Source: an uncultured Lachnospiraceae bacterium (GTDB taxonomy: Bacteria; Bacillota; Clostridia; Lachnospirales; Lachnospiraceae). Taken from it: a stretch of DNA of 64,000 nucleotides. This document shows positions 1-10,784 of this stretch, piece by piece. The stretch lies in NCBI GenBank assembly GCA_902789175.1, contig CADANF010000010.1, positions 11,466 through 75,465 on the forward strand, in the 5' to 3' direction. How positions within the stretch are numbered: position 1 is the stretch's first letter; every line of letters starts with the position of its first letter. Made by a program: the position numbers and the translations under genes. The notes under the pieces were generated by a model. It searched no databases and had not been told where the DNA came from. It saw only the letters and a program-made list of their open reading frames with translations.

Positions 1-1347
1 TATCAGATAGTTGAAGAGATCAATAAAAGATTTGTTGAAAGGATCCAGCAGCTTTATCCAGGTAATCAGGATAAGATCAAAAGCATGGCAATCCTTTATG
101 ATGGACAGGTTAAGATGGCTCATCTTGCCATTGCAGGAAGCTTTTCTGTTAATGGTGTTGCCAAGCTTCATACAGAAATCTTAAAGAAGAGAGAACTACA
201 TGATTTCTATGAAATGAGACCTGAACAGTTTAATAATAAGACTAATGGTGTTACTCAGAGAAGATTCCTTGCTCACGGAAATCCACTTCTTAGCCAGTGG
301 CTTAATGAAAAGATCGGTGATCAGTGGATCACAGATTTTGAAAGAATAGGAAAACTTAAGTCATTTGTTGATGAAGAAAAGTATCAGCTGGAATTTATGA
401 ATATCAAATATCAGAATAAGGTAAGACTTGCTAAGTATATTAAAGAGCATAATGGCATTGATGTTGATCCAAATTCCATTTTTGATATTCAGGTTAAGAG
501 ACTTCATGAATATAAGAGACAGCTCCTTAACATACTTCATGTAATGTTCCTTTATAATGAATTAAAGGAAAATCCATCCTTTGATATCTATCCTAGAACT
601 TTCATCTTTGGTGCAAAGGCTGCAGCGGGATATAGAAGAGCAAAGCTCACTATTAAACTTATCAACTCTGTTGCTGATGTTATCAATAAAGACAAGTCCA
701 TCAATGGAAAGATTAAAGTTGTATTTATAGAAGATTACAGAGTATCAAATGCAGAAATACTTTTTGCTGCAGCGGACGTATCTGAGCAGATTTCAACAGC
801 TTCCCGTGAAGCATCCGGAACTGGTAATATGAAGTTTATGATGAATGGTGCAGTTACTCTTGGTACTATGGATGGTGCAAACGTTGAGATAGTGGAAGAA
901 GTAGGAGCTGAAAATGCATTTATCTTTGGCCTTTCTGCAGATGAAGTAATGCGTTATGAGCGTGAAGGCGGATATAATCCTTGGGATATATTTAATTCAA
1001 ATCAGAAGGTAAGACGAGTGCTTACTCAGCTTATAAATGGTACATATTCAGATGATACCGAGCTTTTCAGAGAATTATATGATTCTCTTACAAAGGAAGA
1101 TATATACTTTATTTTAAAGGATTTTGATTCTTATTGTGAGGCACAGAATAGAATAGATGCTGCATATCGCGATGAGAAAAAATGGGCTCATATGGCTATG
1201 ATGAATACAGCATGCTCAGGAAAGTTCTCATCTGACAGAACTATTGAAGAATATGTTAAGGATATCTGGCACCTTGATAAAGTAAAGGTATCTCTTGATG
1301 AAAAAACAAGAGAAATTAAAAAGAAGGGTGCTAAGACCACAAAATGA
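1..1347 (+). CDS. glgP: Glycogen/starch phosphorylase, C-terminal part (5' end outside the window)
   Basis: Frame is open from base 1 (YQIVEEINKRF...). Motifs NGVAKLH, QVKRLHEYKRQ and the PLP-site EASGTGNMKF are present. Confidence 0.96.
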   Translation, partial: YQIVEEINKRFVERIQQLYPGNQDKIKSMAILYDGQVKMAHLAIAGSFSVNGVAKLHTEILKKRELHDFYEMRPEQFNNKTNGVTQRRFLAHGNPLLSQWLNEKIGDQWITDFERIGKLKSFVDEEKYQLEFMNIKYQNKVRLAKYIKEHNGIDVDPNSIFDIQVKRLHEYKRQLLNILHVMFLYNELKENPSFDIYPRTFIFGAKAAAGYRRAKLTIKLINSVADVINKDKSINGKIKVVFIEDYRVSNAEILFAAADVSEQISTASREASGTGNMKFMMNGAVTLGTMDGANVEIVEEVGAENAFIFGLSADEVMRYEREGGYNPWDIFNSNQKVRRVLTQLINGTYSDDTELFRELYDSLTKEDIYFILKDFDSYCEAQNRIDAAYRDEKKWAHMAMMNTACSGKFSSDRTIEEYVKDIWHLDKVKVSLDEKTREIKKKGAKTTK

Positions 1348-1363
1348 TCATTGGAGAATAAAG

Positions 1364-1600
1364 ATGATATTTGACACAATAGTAAACATTACAACAAAAA
1401 GCCTTGGAATAGATAAACAGGAAATTACCAGAGATGCATCACTTAAGGACGATTTTGCTGCTGACTCAGTAGATATCTATCAGCTTATCTATCTTCTTGA
1501 AGATGAATACAATGTAACTATTCCTGAAGAAAAGGTGGCAACAGTAAAGACGGTTGATGACCTGATCAAGATGTTGAAAGAACTGGGAGTAGAAGATTGA
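1364..1600 (+). CDS. acpP: Acyl carrier protein
   Basis: 78 aa acidic protein with a DSV phosphopantetheine-Ser motif (DFAADSVD). GGAG RBS at 1353 favours ATG 1364 over the track start at 1295. Confidence 0.85.
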   Translation: MIFDTIVNITTKSLGIDKQEITRDASLKDDFAADSVDIYQLIYLLEDEYNVTIPEEKVATVKTVDDLIKMLKELGVED

Positions 1601-2313
1601 TGTATTCTTTTGATACAAGAGTTAGATTCAGTGAGATCCAAGAAGATAAAAAAATGTCTCTTGTGGCTATGATCAACTGTTTTCAGGATTGTTGTACATA
1701 TGAAGCAGAAGATGGGGGGGTTGGGCTTGATTGGTTCGACACCCGCCACTGTACATGGATGCTTGTAAATTGGCAGATAAAGATAAATAAATATCCGGTT
1801 TTCTGTCAGAATATAAAGGTTTCTACATGGGCTTGTGGTATCAGAGCCTTTATTGGTAAGAGAAATTTTACCATTGAAGATAAAGATACAGGAGAACTTC
1901 TGGTTTATGCTTATTCAGAATGGGCATATATAAATACAGAGAAGAATAGACCTGAAAGAAATGTTCCAGAGAAAGAATTAAATGTCTATGGAATGAAGGA
2001 TCCTCTTGATATGGATTTTGAGACAGGAAAGATTGAATTACCACCAGATCCCGGGACTAAACTTAATCCTATCACTGTTACAAGAACAGATATTGATACA
2101 AACCATCATGTTAATAATGGAAAATATATAGAACTTGCTATGTCCGTTCTTCCTGATGATGTTAAGATAAGAGGTTTCAGAGCGGAATATAAAAAGCAAT
2201 CTGTATTAGGAGATATCCTCTTTCCTAAGATTTATAGCTATAGTGATAGAAATATAGTTGTTTTATCTGATGAAGAGGATAGTCCAAAACTTATAGCTGA
2301 ATTTTCATTGTGA
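1597..2313 (+). CDS. Acyl-ACP thioesterase
   Basis: Double hot-dog pattern, DIDTNHHVNN catalytic motif, overlaps the ACP gene stop. Confidence 0.9.
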   Translation: MMYSFDTRVRFSEIQEDKKMSLVAMINCFQDCCTYEAEDGGVGLDWFDTRHCTWMLVNWQIKINKYPVFCQNIKVSTWACGIRAFIGKRNFTIEDKDTGELLVYAYSEWAYINTEKNRPERNVPEKELNVYGMKDPLDMDFETGKIELPPDPGTKLNPITVTRTDIDTNHHVNNGKYIELAMSVLPDDVKIRGFRAEYKKQSVLGDILFPKIYSYSDRNIVVLSDEEDSPKLIAEFSL

Positions 2314-2322
2314 TATAAAGAC

Positions 2323-2360
2323 GAAGGAGCATATGACGCGAGTCATATGCTCCTTCTTTA
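2323..2360. terminator. Bidirectional intrinsic terminator
   Basis: Perfect 15-bp stem GAAGGAGCATATGAC-GCGA-GTCATATGCTCCTTC between convergent genes. Confidence 0.85.
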
Positions 2361-2391
2361 TTTGGAGAAAACGTGTTAAAAATAATCTTAC

Positions 2392-4842
2392 TTAACCGAG
2401 AACTACAATTACCTTATGATTCTTTCCGTCATTAAATACTGGAAGGATATTTCCTTCAATAGCATTTCCATCAACAGTAACAGACTTAACGCCCTTGCAT
2501 ACGTGATCAGGATTCTGAATCTCGATATCGAAGATGTCGCCACGGAATTTTCTTGATGCCTTAAATCCGTCCCAAGCTGAAGGGATAGAAGGATTGATTG
2601 AAAGACCGTTGAATTCTGGCTGGATACCAAGGATATACTGGCTGATAGCTACGAAGTTCCAAGCAGCAGTACCTGTAAGCCATGAGTTCTTTCCTTCACC
2701 AATACGGCTTGCGCCTGTACCGGCAATCATCTGACCATATACATATGGCTCTGTTCTGTGTGTATCTGAAATATCTTCAATGAAAGCAGGAGCGATACGT
2801 GAGTACCAATCGAAAGCTCTGTCTCCCTGGCCTGCATATGCAGCAGCTGCGATCATCCATGCATTATTATGGCAGAATACAGATCCATTCTCTTTGTATC
2901 CCTGTGGATATGTTGAGATTTCACCGTATTCGATATAGTACTTGGAATAAGCAGGTGCATTGAGGCAAAGACCATACTTACAGCCGAGATTTGCATCAAC
3001 AGCATCAAGTATCTTAGCTGGCCAGCCTTCTTCATTACCAATGTCAGACATGATACCGAAGCCCTGTGGCTCAATGAAGATCTTTCCTTCTTCACATTCC
3101 TTTGAACCCATCTTTTTTCCAAAATCATCATAAGCGCGAAGGAACCAGTCACCATCCCATCCGTTAGCCTTGATGTTTGCAACCATCTTATCTAATTCAG
3201 CCTGAGCTGCTGCTGCTTCTGTATCATTTCCAATATGCTTGCAAAGTTCGATATACTTTGGAGCTGTATATGTAAAGAGAGTTGCAACAAAAAGTGATTC
3301 AGCAACTTTTGAATACTTATCTTCGCCGTATTTTGGTGATGTCCATGTCTGGAAGCTTTCACCTGGTGTATCTGAGAAACATGAAAGGTTGATACAATCG
3401 TTCCAGTCAGCTCTCATGGCAAGAGGAAGTCCGTGAGGGCCTACATTATTTACAACTCTGTAGAATGATCTGTGAAGGTGATCAAACATAGGCTTTGCTA
3501 ATGCTTCATTATTGTCATATGGAACAAGCTCATCAAGAATTCCAAAATCACCTGTTTCTTTAATATATGCTACGGTTGAAAGAATCATCCAAAGTGGATC
3601 ATCAGAGAAGTCGCCGCCTACAGCGTCATTTCCCTTCTTTGTAAGAGGCTGATACTGATGATAGCATCCGCCATCTTCGAACTGTGTTGAAGCAAGATCG
3701 ATAAGTCTTTCACGGGCACGTTCTGGAACCTGATGAACGAAACCAAGAAGATCCTGGTTAGAATCACGGAATCCCATTCCACGTCCGATACCTGATTCAA
3801 AGTATGAAGCAGATCTTGACATGTTAAATGTTACCATGCACTGATACTGATTCCAGATATTAACCATGCGGTTAACTTTTTCATTTGGAGTATCAACTGT
3901 ATATTTTGAAAGGAGATCATCCCACATTTCTTTTAATTCTGCAAGAGCTTTATCTGCCTTCTCAACTGTATTCATCTGTTGGATCATTTCATAAGCCTTT
4001 GATTTATTCATTGAACCATCAGCGTTCCACTTATCTGTACCATTTTCAACGTAACCAAGTACGAATACGAGGGCTTTCTCTTCCCCAGGAGCAAGAGTGA
4101 TCTTTAGAGAATGAGAAGCAATTGGTGACCATCCGTCAGCTCTTGAGTTCTTTGAAGCATTTTCAAATACTACATCTGGATGATCAAAGCCATTGTAAAG
4201 ACCGAAGAATGATTCACGGTCACAATCATAGCCATCAATATCTGAATTTACAGTATAGAATGCGAAGTGATCACGGCGCTCTCTGTATTCTGTCTTGTGG
4301 AAGAGAGTTGAACCTTCAACTTCAACATCACCTGTGTTGTAATTTCTCTGGAAATTGTGCTCATCGTCTTCAGCATTCCATAAGCACCACTCAAGGAATG
4401 AATAGAGTGTAAAACTCTTCTCGGTATTTCCTTCGTTCTTTAATACAACCTTCTGAACTTCTCCGTTGTATCCCTTTGGTACAAAGAAAGTAAGTTCTGC
4501 TGAAAGGTCGTTCTTCTTGCCATTTATAACAGTATAGCCCATACCGTGTCTTGTCTGGTAGAAGTCGAGTTCAGTCTTAACTGGAGACCAGCCCGGATTC
4601 CAGACTGTGCCATTGTCATTGATGTAGAAATAGCGTCCGCCAAGATCTACAGGAACATTGTTATAACGATAACGTGTGATTCTGCGGAGGCGAGCATCCT
4701 TATAGAAGTGATATCCTCCGGCTGTATTTGAGATCAGTGAAAAGAAACTCTCTGTTCCAAGGTAATTGATCCATGGATAAGGAGTCTTTGGTGAGGTGAT
4801 GACATATTCTTTAGCTATATCATCAAAATAGCCAAACTTCAT
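2392..4842 (-). CDS. cbpA: Cellobiose phosphorylase (GH94)
   Basis: 816 aa. N-terminus [26 protein letters not shown], motifs [18 protein letters not shown] and SWLTGTAAW. Confidence 0.9.
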   Translation of the reverse strand: MKFGYFDDIAKEYVITSPKTPYPWINYLGTESFFSLISNTAGGYHFYKDARLRRITRYRYNNVPVDLGGRYFYINDNGTVWNPGWSPVKTELDFYQTRHGMGYTVINGKKNDLSAELTFFVPKGYNGEVQKVVLKNEGNTEKSFTLYSFLEWCLWNAEDDEHNFQRNYNTGDVEVEGSTLFHKTEYRERRDHFAFYTVNSDIDGYDCDRESFFGLYNGFDHPDVVFENASKNSRADGWSPIASHSLKITLAPGEEKALVFVLGYVENGTDKWNADGSMNKSKAYEMIQQMNTVEKADKALAELKEMWDDLLSKYTVDTPNEKVNRMVNIWNQYQCMVTFNMSRSASYFESGIGRGMGFRDSNQDLLGFVHQVPERARERLIDLASTQFEDGGCYHQYQPLTKKGNDAVGGDFSDDPLWMILSTVAYIKETGDFGILDELVPYDNNEALAKPMFDHLHRSFYRVVNNVGPHGLPLAMRADWNDCINLSCFSDTPGESFQTWTSPKYGEDKYSKVAESLFVATLFTYTAPKYIELCKHIGNDTEAAAAQAELDKMVANIKANGWDGDWFLRAYDDFGKKMGSKECEEGKIFIEPQGFGIMSDIGNEEGWPAKILDAVDANLGCKYGLCLNAPAYSKYYIEYGEISTYPQGYKENGSVFCHNNAWMIAAAAYAGQGDRAFDWYSRIAPAFIEDISDTHRTEPYVYGQMIAGTGASRIGEGKNSWLTGTAAWNFVAISQYILGIQPEFNGLSINPSIPSAWDGFKASRKFRGDIFDIEIQNPDHVCKGVKSVTVDGNAIEGNILPVFNDGKNHKVIVVLG

Positions 4843-5020
4843 GTGGTTAATCCTTCCCTTCTTAAAAAATGTATTTAACTAAAAAGTTTGTGTTATGTAA
4901 ACATAAAATGTGCTTACATTGTGGTTCCTTTTTTGCTGTGTGTAAAATCATTATAATAGTTATGAATGAAAGTTTCAATAAAAAAATGGCTGAAATCCCT
5001 TATTTTATGCGGGTTTCGGG

Positions 5021-5034
5021 CGGCAACGTTACCG
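5021..5034. promoter_or_regulatory. Candidate LacI-family operator upstream of cellobiose phosphorylase
   Basis: Near-palindrome CGGCAACGTTACCG with a central CG. A second palindrome GGAAAC-AAA-GTTTCC lies at 5044-5058. Confidence 0.45.
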
Positions 5035-5248
5035 CAAAAACTCGGAAACAAAGTTTCCATTTTCATCTGTTAAATATTTTTTTGTTATAAAATTGTATAT
5101 ATGACGTGCCCTTTAACGTGTCAGCGAGGTTTACATAAATGTCAGCTGTTTAAATGAATAATGTAAATGGACGCCCAAATGGTATAGATACGAAAGAATC
5201 CGAACAAATGAGCAGTAGTGACGGCGTGAGGTGGCTATACACAGCAAG

Positions 5249-5331
5249 AATAGAATAAAAGACGCGAAAAGAAACCCTCCAAAGGGCATGTTTGGCCCGC
5301 TGGAGGGTTTGCTTTAAGCGTCTATTCTATT
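5249..5331 (-). terminator. Long hairpin, probable terminator of the aldose epimerase gene
   Basis: AAACCCTCCA (5272-5281)/TGGAGGGTTT (5301-5310) stem, extended by GACGC/GCGTC and AATAGAATA/TATTCTATT. U-rich tail on the minus strand. Confidence 0.6.
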
Positions 5332-5373
5332 TTGGCGTCCGTTCGTCAGAGTTATTCTATTTTGGCGTCCGTT
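5323..5373. repeat. Two exact 21-bp direct repeats with 30-bp period
   Basis: TATTCTATTTTGGCGTCCGTT at 5323-5343 and 5353-5373. Confidence 0.9.
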
Positions 5374-5379
5374 AGTCCG

Positions 5380-6390
5380 TTATCTACTGTAGATATGTTC
5401 TGAAACAGTCTTTGATTCTCCAGGAGCAAGCTCAAGATAGCCGGACTCGCTTGGAGCGATTCCAAGATTTGGAGCGTCGATCATCCATGTCATTGGTTCA
5501 ACACAGAAGTATTCTTTATCTCCTTTGTGGTTCCAGATGATCCAGAACTTAAAGTCTTTTGATACTTCATAAACAATCTGCTTTCCTGAAGCTTCATCTG
5601 TCATGATAGAACCATAGAATGGTTCACCGCCGTCTTCACCCATAGCGATATTATAAACATCGTTATCGATATCCTGAAGAACAGGAATCTGAGAACCTGT
5701 TAAATACTGTCTGTCATGGTTTGAAAGCTGTCTAATCTCTAATGTTGGGATGCAGTTTTCATCGAGAACCCATCTGTCTGCGACAGGAACATAAAGACGT
5801 GTATCCTTACCTTCAGCACCTTCAACGAATGGTCCATTAAATGCAGTGTGATTGCACATTCCAAATGGAAGCTGTCTTGTTCTTGAAAGATTGGTCATTG
5901 TAAATTCGTAGTGAAGACCATCTTCTTTAAGGGTGAATGTGTAATCTGCTCTAAACTTGACTGGAAAATATTTGTACATTGGATCAGCTTCGTTGTATGT
6001 ATATGAAGTCTTTGCGATGGCGCTGTCTTCTGTAACTTCTGTAGCTACGATCTCATGTTCTCTCTTGTGAAGGAAGCCATGAAGGAAGTTTCCAAGAGCG
6101 GTTTCATTAACTGGGAATTCATATGTGTGGTTGCTCGCTTTAAGTATGCCGTTGTGAAGTCGATTTGGAAGGTAGAGAGTTGGAAATCCATAGATTACAG
6201 GCTCTCTCATAATTTCCTTAAGTGAACGTGAATCGTCGTTTCTAAAGAAGTCAATCCTATTTTCTTCATCAGTAAAATGAATTACGTTACTTCCGAGGAA
6301 TGGAGCTACAGTTGCTTTATATCTGCCAGCAGTAAGCTCTACTACATCCTTTTGTCTTTTAAATTTTGTTACTTTAGCTGAAAAACTCAA
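5380..6390 (-). CDS. Aldose 1-epimerase family protein
   Basis: LHGFLH, NHTAF and YFCVEP motifs. AGGAGG RBS favours TTG at 6390 over 6429. Confidence 0.88.
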   Translation of the reverse strand: MSFSAKVTKFKRQKDVVELTAGRYKATVAPFLGSNVIHFTDEENRIDFFRNDDSRSLKEIMREPVIYGFPTLYLPNRLHNGILKASNHTYEFPVNETALGNFLHGFLHKREHEIVATEVTEDSAIAKTSYTYNEADPMYKYFPVKFRADYTFTLKEDGLHYEFTMTNLSRTRQLPFGMCNHTAFNGPFVEGAEGKDTRLYVPVADRWVLDENCIPTLEIRQLSNHDRQYLTGSQIPVLQDIDNDVYNIAMGEDGGEPFYGSIMTDEASGKQIVYEVSKDFKFWIIWNHKGDKEYFCVEPMTWMIDAPNLGIAPSESGYLELAPGESKTVSEHIYSR

Positions 6391-6690
6391 AATGTTTTTC
6401 CTCCTTTTTCTTTGAAAAAAATACGACAATCAGCGAATTTTTTTACGATATTATCACAAAAGAGTTTCTATGTCTATTGTAAAACAACCATATTTAACCT
6501 TAAAAACTTGTACAGTTTTCAGGTATCGTTTCCGTGAAAAACGGGTTTAATGAAAAACTAAAAATGCTACAACAGTTTTACCAAAATGTTAAGTGATTTC
6601 ATAGAAATGTAATAATAAATTGTTTGCAAGACACCGTAAAGAGATTGTATAATCTCCAATGGAAAATATAAAAAGAGGTCAAGTTTTGGA

Positions 6691-7218
6691 ATGAAGTTAA
6701 AAAAATACTTATTAGTAGTAGGAATCGCAACATTATCACTTTCAGGTGCAGCTTGCGGCAAGGTGAAAAGTGGAAGCACAACAGAAAGTACAGGAGCTTC
6801 CGATTCTGGATCAAAAGAAGCTGGAGCTGAAATTGATGTAAAGACAGTGGCGGCTGATATAAAAAAAGAGGGAATATTTAAAGATCAATTAGCTGAAATA
6901 GATCCTGATATAGCAATTAACAGGATTTATCATCTTGATTCAGCAAAACTGGAATCCTATTCTTTCTATACAAATACTGGTGCAACAGCAGAAGAGATTG
7001 CTGTTATAAAGGTTAATGATGAATCATATTTAAAGAATATTGAAAATTCATTTAATAATAGAATTGATGATCAAAAAGATGCCTGCAGGGATTATCTTCC
7101 GGATGAGGTGACAAAGTTGGATAAAGCTGTGGTAAAGGTTTCAGGACCATATGCGATCTTTGTTGTTTCGGAAGATCCAGAAAAAGCAAATGAGATAATA
7201 GGTAGATATATAAAATAA
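6691..7218 (+). CDS. Lipoprotein, DUF4358-like
   Basis: Signal peptide with lipobox (SGAAC), low-complexity linker, NTGATAEEIAVIKV...YLPDEVTKL pattern. Confidence 0.7.
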   Translation: MKLKKYLLVVGIATLSLSGAACGKVKSGSTTESTGASDSGSKEAGAEIDVKTVAADIKKEGIFKDQLAEIDPDIAINRIYHLDSAKLESYSFYTNTGATAEEIAVIKVNDESYLKNIENSFNNRIDDQKDACRDYLPDEVTKLDKAVVKVSGPYAIFVVSEDPEKANEIIGRYIK

Positions 7219-7226
7219 GTATAATT

Positions 7227-7290
7227 AAGAAGCTTATAAAAAATGGGACATATCGAAAGTTGATATGTTCCATTTTTTTATAAGCTTCTT
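7227..7290. terminator. Bidirectional terminator with a very long (about 28-bp) stem
   Basis: AAGAAGCTTATAAAAAATGGGACATATC / GATATGTTCCATTTTTTTATAAGCTTCTT between convergent genes. Confidence 0.8.
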
Positions 7291-7322
7291 GTGACGCATG
7301 TTTTAATCAAAACGATAATTTA

Positions 7323-7745
7323 TTATTTATCTAAACGAGCTTTAATTCTTTCTGCTGTTTCCTTTTGTTCTTCATCTGAGAAAGAAAGCTGTTTCCAGAT
7401 AAGGTTGATTGCGTCGTCTTTATGACGAGGGATTACATGTACATGATAGTGGAATACAGTCTGTCCTGCAGCTGCTTCATTGTTCTGTAAGATATTTATT
7501 CCATCGCAGTTAAATTCTTCTTTAAGTGCAAGGGCAATCTTTTTTGCAAGAGGCATAACCTTTGCTGCAACGCTGTCATCGATCAAGTAAGCGTTATCAA
7601 AATGCTGTTTTGGGATTATAAGTGAATGTCCCTGGCCTGATGGACTTGCATCAAGGATTACTCTGAAATCATCATCTTCATAAATGGTATTTGTTGGGAT
7701 GATCCCATTTGCAAGTTTACAAAAAATGCAATCGTCTTTAATCAT
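7323..7745 (-). CDS. HIT family nucleotide hydrolase
   Basis: CIFCK N-terminus and histidine triad AGQTVFHYHVHVIPR. Confidence 0.93.
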   Translation of the reverse strand: MIKDDCIFCKLANGIIPTNTIYEDDDFRVILDASPSGQGHSLIIPKQHFDNAYLIDDSVAAKVMPLAKKIALALKEEFNCDGINILQNNEAAAGQTVFHYHVHVIPRHKDDAINLIWKQLSFSDEEQKETAERIKARLDK

Positions 7746-7938
7746 CTTTTTACCTCCGGATTGATCTGTATTTACTTTTGCTAAAGGATTGCTCCGTTCT
7801 TTTATTCAAGTCACATTATAATATATTCTTTGATAAAGAAGCAAATTTGTTGATAAATTTTTTAAAAATTGCCGTGAAGTGTTGACAAGCCTTAACTTTT
7901 GTTGTAACGTGACTACGTAATTGTTAAGTATAAGATAT

Positions 7939-8050
7939 CTCTCTTATTCAGAGTGGTGGAGTCACAAGGGACTAAGAAGCCACGGCAACCCCTATATTTA
8001 AGGGAAGGTGCCGGCCTGAGCGGATATGATAATCCGAGCAATAAGGGGAT
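7939..8050 (+). ncRNA. SAM-I (S-box) riboswitch
   Basis: P1 CTCTTATT/AATAAGGG, conserved CAGAG-TGGTGGAG, CGGCAACC and GGTGCC elements. Lies directly upstream of metK. Confidence 0.88.
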
Positions 8051-8066
8051 TTGATGATAGATTTTC

Positions 8067-8100
8067 AAATCCGGTTTTTTTACACCGGATTTTTTGTTTT
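8067..8100 (+). terminator. Riboswitch-controlled terminator
   Basis: AAATCCGGT/ACCGGATTT stem plus U tract. The 5' arm can alternatively pair with GGATTTGA just after P1 (antiterminator). Confidence 0.8.
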
Positions 8101-8184
8101 TTAGAAATTCTTTTTATCAAAAACCATATAGCTTCATGCATTTGAAGTTAGGAGCGATATCCAAAAAAAAATAGGAGATACTCA

Positions 8185-9378
8185 ATGGAAAAAAGATTTT
8201 TTACATCAGAGTCCGTAACAGAAGGACATCCTGATAAGATCTGCGATCAGATCTCAGATGCGGTTCTCGATGCGATACTCGAGCAGGATCCTAACGGACG
8301 TGTTGCATGTGAGACTTCATGTACAACAGGTTTAGTTCTTGTTATGGGTGAGATATCAACATCAGCTTATGTTGATATTCAGAAGATTGTTCGTGACACA
8401 GTAAGAGAAATTGGTTACGACAGAGCAAAATACGGTTTTGACTGTGACACTTGTGGTGTCATCACAGCTATTGATGAGCAGTCACAGGATATAGCTCTTG
8501 GTGTTGATAAAGCCCTTGAAGCTAAAGAAAACCAGATGTCAGATGAGGATATTGAAGCAATCGGTGCTGGTGACCAGGGACTTATGTTTGGTTATGCTTC
8601 AAATGAAACACCTGAATTTATGCCATATCCTATCGCGATGGCACATAAGCTTTCAAGAAGACTTACAGAAGTAAGAAAGAATGGAACTCTTCCTTATCTA
8701 AGACCAGATGGAAAGACACAGGTTACTGTAGAATATGATGAAAATGGTAATCCATTCAGAATCGATACAGTTGTTCTTTCTACTCAGCATTCTGAGGATG
8801 TTACTCAGGAGCAGATCCATGAGGATATTAAGAGAGAAGTATTCGACGTTATCCTTCCAAAAGATATGCTTGATGATGATACAAAGTATTTCATCAATCC
8901 AACAGGCCGTTTCGTAATCGGTGGCCCTCACGGAGATTCAGGTCTTACAGGCCGTAAGATCATCGTTGATACTTATGGTGGATATGCGCGTCACGGCGGC
9001 GGAGCATTTTCAGGAAAGGATCCAACAAAGGTTGACAGATCAGCATCATATGCTGCCAGATATGCTGCAAAGAATATCGTTGCTGCAGGACTTGCTGATA
9101 AGTGCGAGATTCAGCTTTCATATGCTATCGGTGTAGCACGTCCAACATCTATTCAGGTTGATACATTTGGCACAGGTAAGCTTTCGGATGAAAAGCTTGT
9201 TGAGATCGTTCGTGAGAACTTTGACTTAAGACCAGCCGGAATCATTAAGATGCTTGATCTTAGAAGACCTATCTATAAGCAGACAGCTTCTTATGGTCAT
9301 TTTGGAAGAACAGATGTAGAACTTCCATGGGAGAAAACTGATCTTAGTGAGAAGTTAGCTAAATATCTTGAGAAATAA
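8185..9378 (+). CDS. metK: S-adenosylmethionine synthetase
   Basis: [19 protein letters not shown] and [16 protein letters not shown] motifs. Confidence 0.99.
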   Translation: MEKRFFTSESVTEGHPDKICDQISDAVLDAILEQDPNGRVACETSCTTGLVLVMGEISTSAYVDIQKIVRDTVREIGYDRAKYGFDCDTCGVITAIDEQSQDIALGVDKALEAKENQMSDEDIEAIGAGDQGLMFGYASNETPEFMPYPIAMAHKLSRRLTEVRKNGTLPYLRPDGKTQVTVEYDENGNPFRIDTVVLSTQHSEDVTQEQIHEDIKREVFDVILPKDMLDDDTKYFINPTGRFVIGGPHGDSGLTGRKIIVDTYGGYARHGGGAFSGKDPTKVDRSASYAARYAAKNIVAAGLADKCEIQLSYAIGVARPTSIQVDTFGTGKLSDEKLVEIVRENFDLRPAGIIKMLDLRRPIYKQTASYGHFGRTDVELPWEKTDLSEKLAKYLEK

Positions 9379-9555
9379 TGGTTAGTTATTAGTTAAGCAT
9401 CATGAGAAATAATAGTTGGTTAAAATTATAATCAGCTATGTATTAAAAAAAGTAGTAACAAAATATGAAGAAAGTGATCCGGAAGATTATTTCCGGAAAG
9501 TGGTATATGTAACACAAGGCGTTAGGTTTTTAATAGAAGGCGGTAAATAAAAAAT

Positions 9556-10488
9556 ATGAAGAACATGCTGAACTTTGAGAATTTCTCAAAAGAGGAATTA
9601 AAGGAAATACTTGATACAGCTCTTGACATGAAGAAGAATCCTGAAAAGTATTCCAGGTCATTGGAAGGAAAGAAGCTCTATACTCTTTTTGAAAAGACGT
9701 CAACCAGAACTTTTCTTTCATTTGCCACAGGTATTACTGAACTGGGGGGAACTTATTTCAACCAGCTCTGGAGAGACTCTAACTTTGTACTGGGTGAGCC
9801 GGTTTCAGAGATAAAGTATGTCTGCAGAAATGTAGATATCATCATGGCCAGACTTATTAAGAATGAGACAGTAGAGCTCTTCGGTGAAAATGTTACCGTC
9901 CCTTTTATTAACGGGTGCGATAATACATATCACCCATGTCAGATCCTTGCGGATATGCTTACAGTGATGGAAAAATTCGGTACATTGAATGTTAAGCTTC
10001 TTTATATCGGAGCAAAGAACAATGTATTTAATTCACTGGTAGAGTTCTTTGATAAGATGGGACAGGGTACACTTTATGGATTTACTCCTATTACCAATAA
10101 TACATCCTGCGGACCTGACTTCTATAGAAAAGCTCAGGCAGGCGGACATTATGTGGATATCGATATTACTATCGGAAGAGAAAATCTTATCAAGTATGTA
10201 AACAATATGGATGTGGTATATACTGATACGTGGCTTGATATGGAATTCTTTAACAATCCTGCATATCAGGAGAGAAAAGAAGAACTCCTTGATCTTATGC
10301 TTCCATACCAGGTAAATGAAGATCTTCTTAAGGACAGTAGGGCTATCGTATTCCATGATATGCCTATGCATGTAGGATTTGAGATTTCAAAAGAGACAGA
10401 GATGAAGAATCTCGAGTATATTCTTGATGAAGCTGAAAATCGTCGTCATGCAGAAAAAGCGGTAATGTATCACCTTCTCAAAAATTAA
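9556..10488 (+). CDS. argF: Ornithine carbamoyltransferase-like transcarbamylase (divergent)
   Basis: FEKTSTRT carbamoyl-phosphate motif and HPCQILAD. The usual SMG and HCLP motifs read DME and HDMP. Confidence 0.7.
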   Translation: MKNMLNFENFSKEELKEILDTALDMKKNPEKYSRSLEGKKLYTLFEKTSTRTFLSFATGITELGGTYFNQLWRDSNFVLGEPVSEIKYVCRNVDIIMARLIKNETVELFGENVTVPFINGCDNTYHPCQILADMLTVMEKFGTLNVKLLYIGAKNNVFNSLVEFFDKMGQGTLYGFTPITNNTSCGPDFYRKAQAGGHYVDIDITIGRENLIKYVNNMDVVYTDTWLDMEFFNNPAYQERKEELLDLMLPYQVNEDLLKDSRAIVFHDMPMHVGFEISKETEMKNLEYILDEAENRRHAEKAVMYHLLKN

Positions 10489-10508
10489 TAATAAATGATA
10501 ACGAGAGC

Positions 10509-10545
10509 AAAGGCGCTTCTTCCAAACGGGAGGAGCGCCTTTTTT
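10509..10545 (+). terminator. Intrinsic terminator
   Basis: AAAGGCGCTTCTTCC/GGGAGGAGCGCCTTT stem plus T tract. Confidence 0.8.
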
Positions 10546-10784
10546 GAATACAGTGAGCCAAGGAAAAAAAGTTTGTGCTTGCGCAAAAATAATGAGATTG
10601 TTTGAATACGCATCTCGGGGCAAAGAATTTGAGAGATGCGGGAGAAGGATAAGAATGGAGGAATTAATTACATTAAATGATTATTAGAATCTGATGCGAT
10701 TTATATTGAAATCATGTCATGACAAAAGTATAATCTTGTTTAGTGAGTGTCGTTTTTGTTTATAAAGGATAGGGGAAATAAAAA

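Noticed and set aside
1295-1363. Extended ACP N-terminus overlapping glgP
   Set aside because: RBS and typical ACP length support ATG 1364.
5323-5373. Possible degenerate CRISPR array
   Set aside because: Only two 21-bp repeats with a 9-bp spacer and no cas genes in the window.
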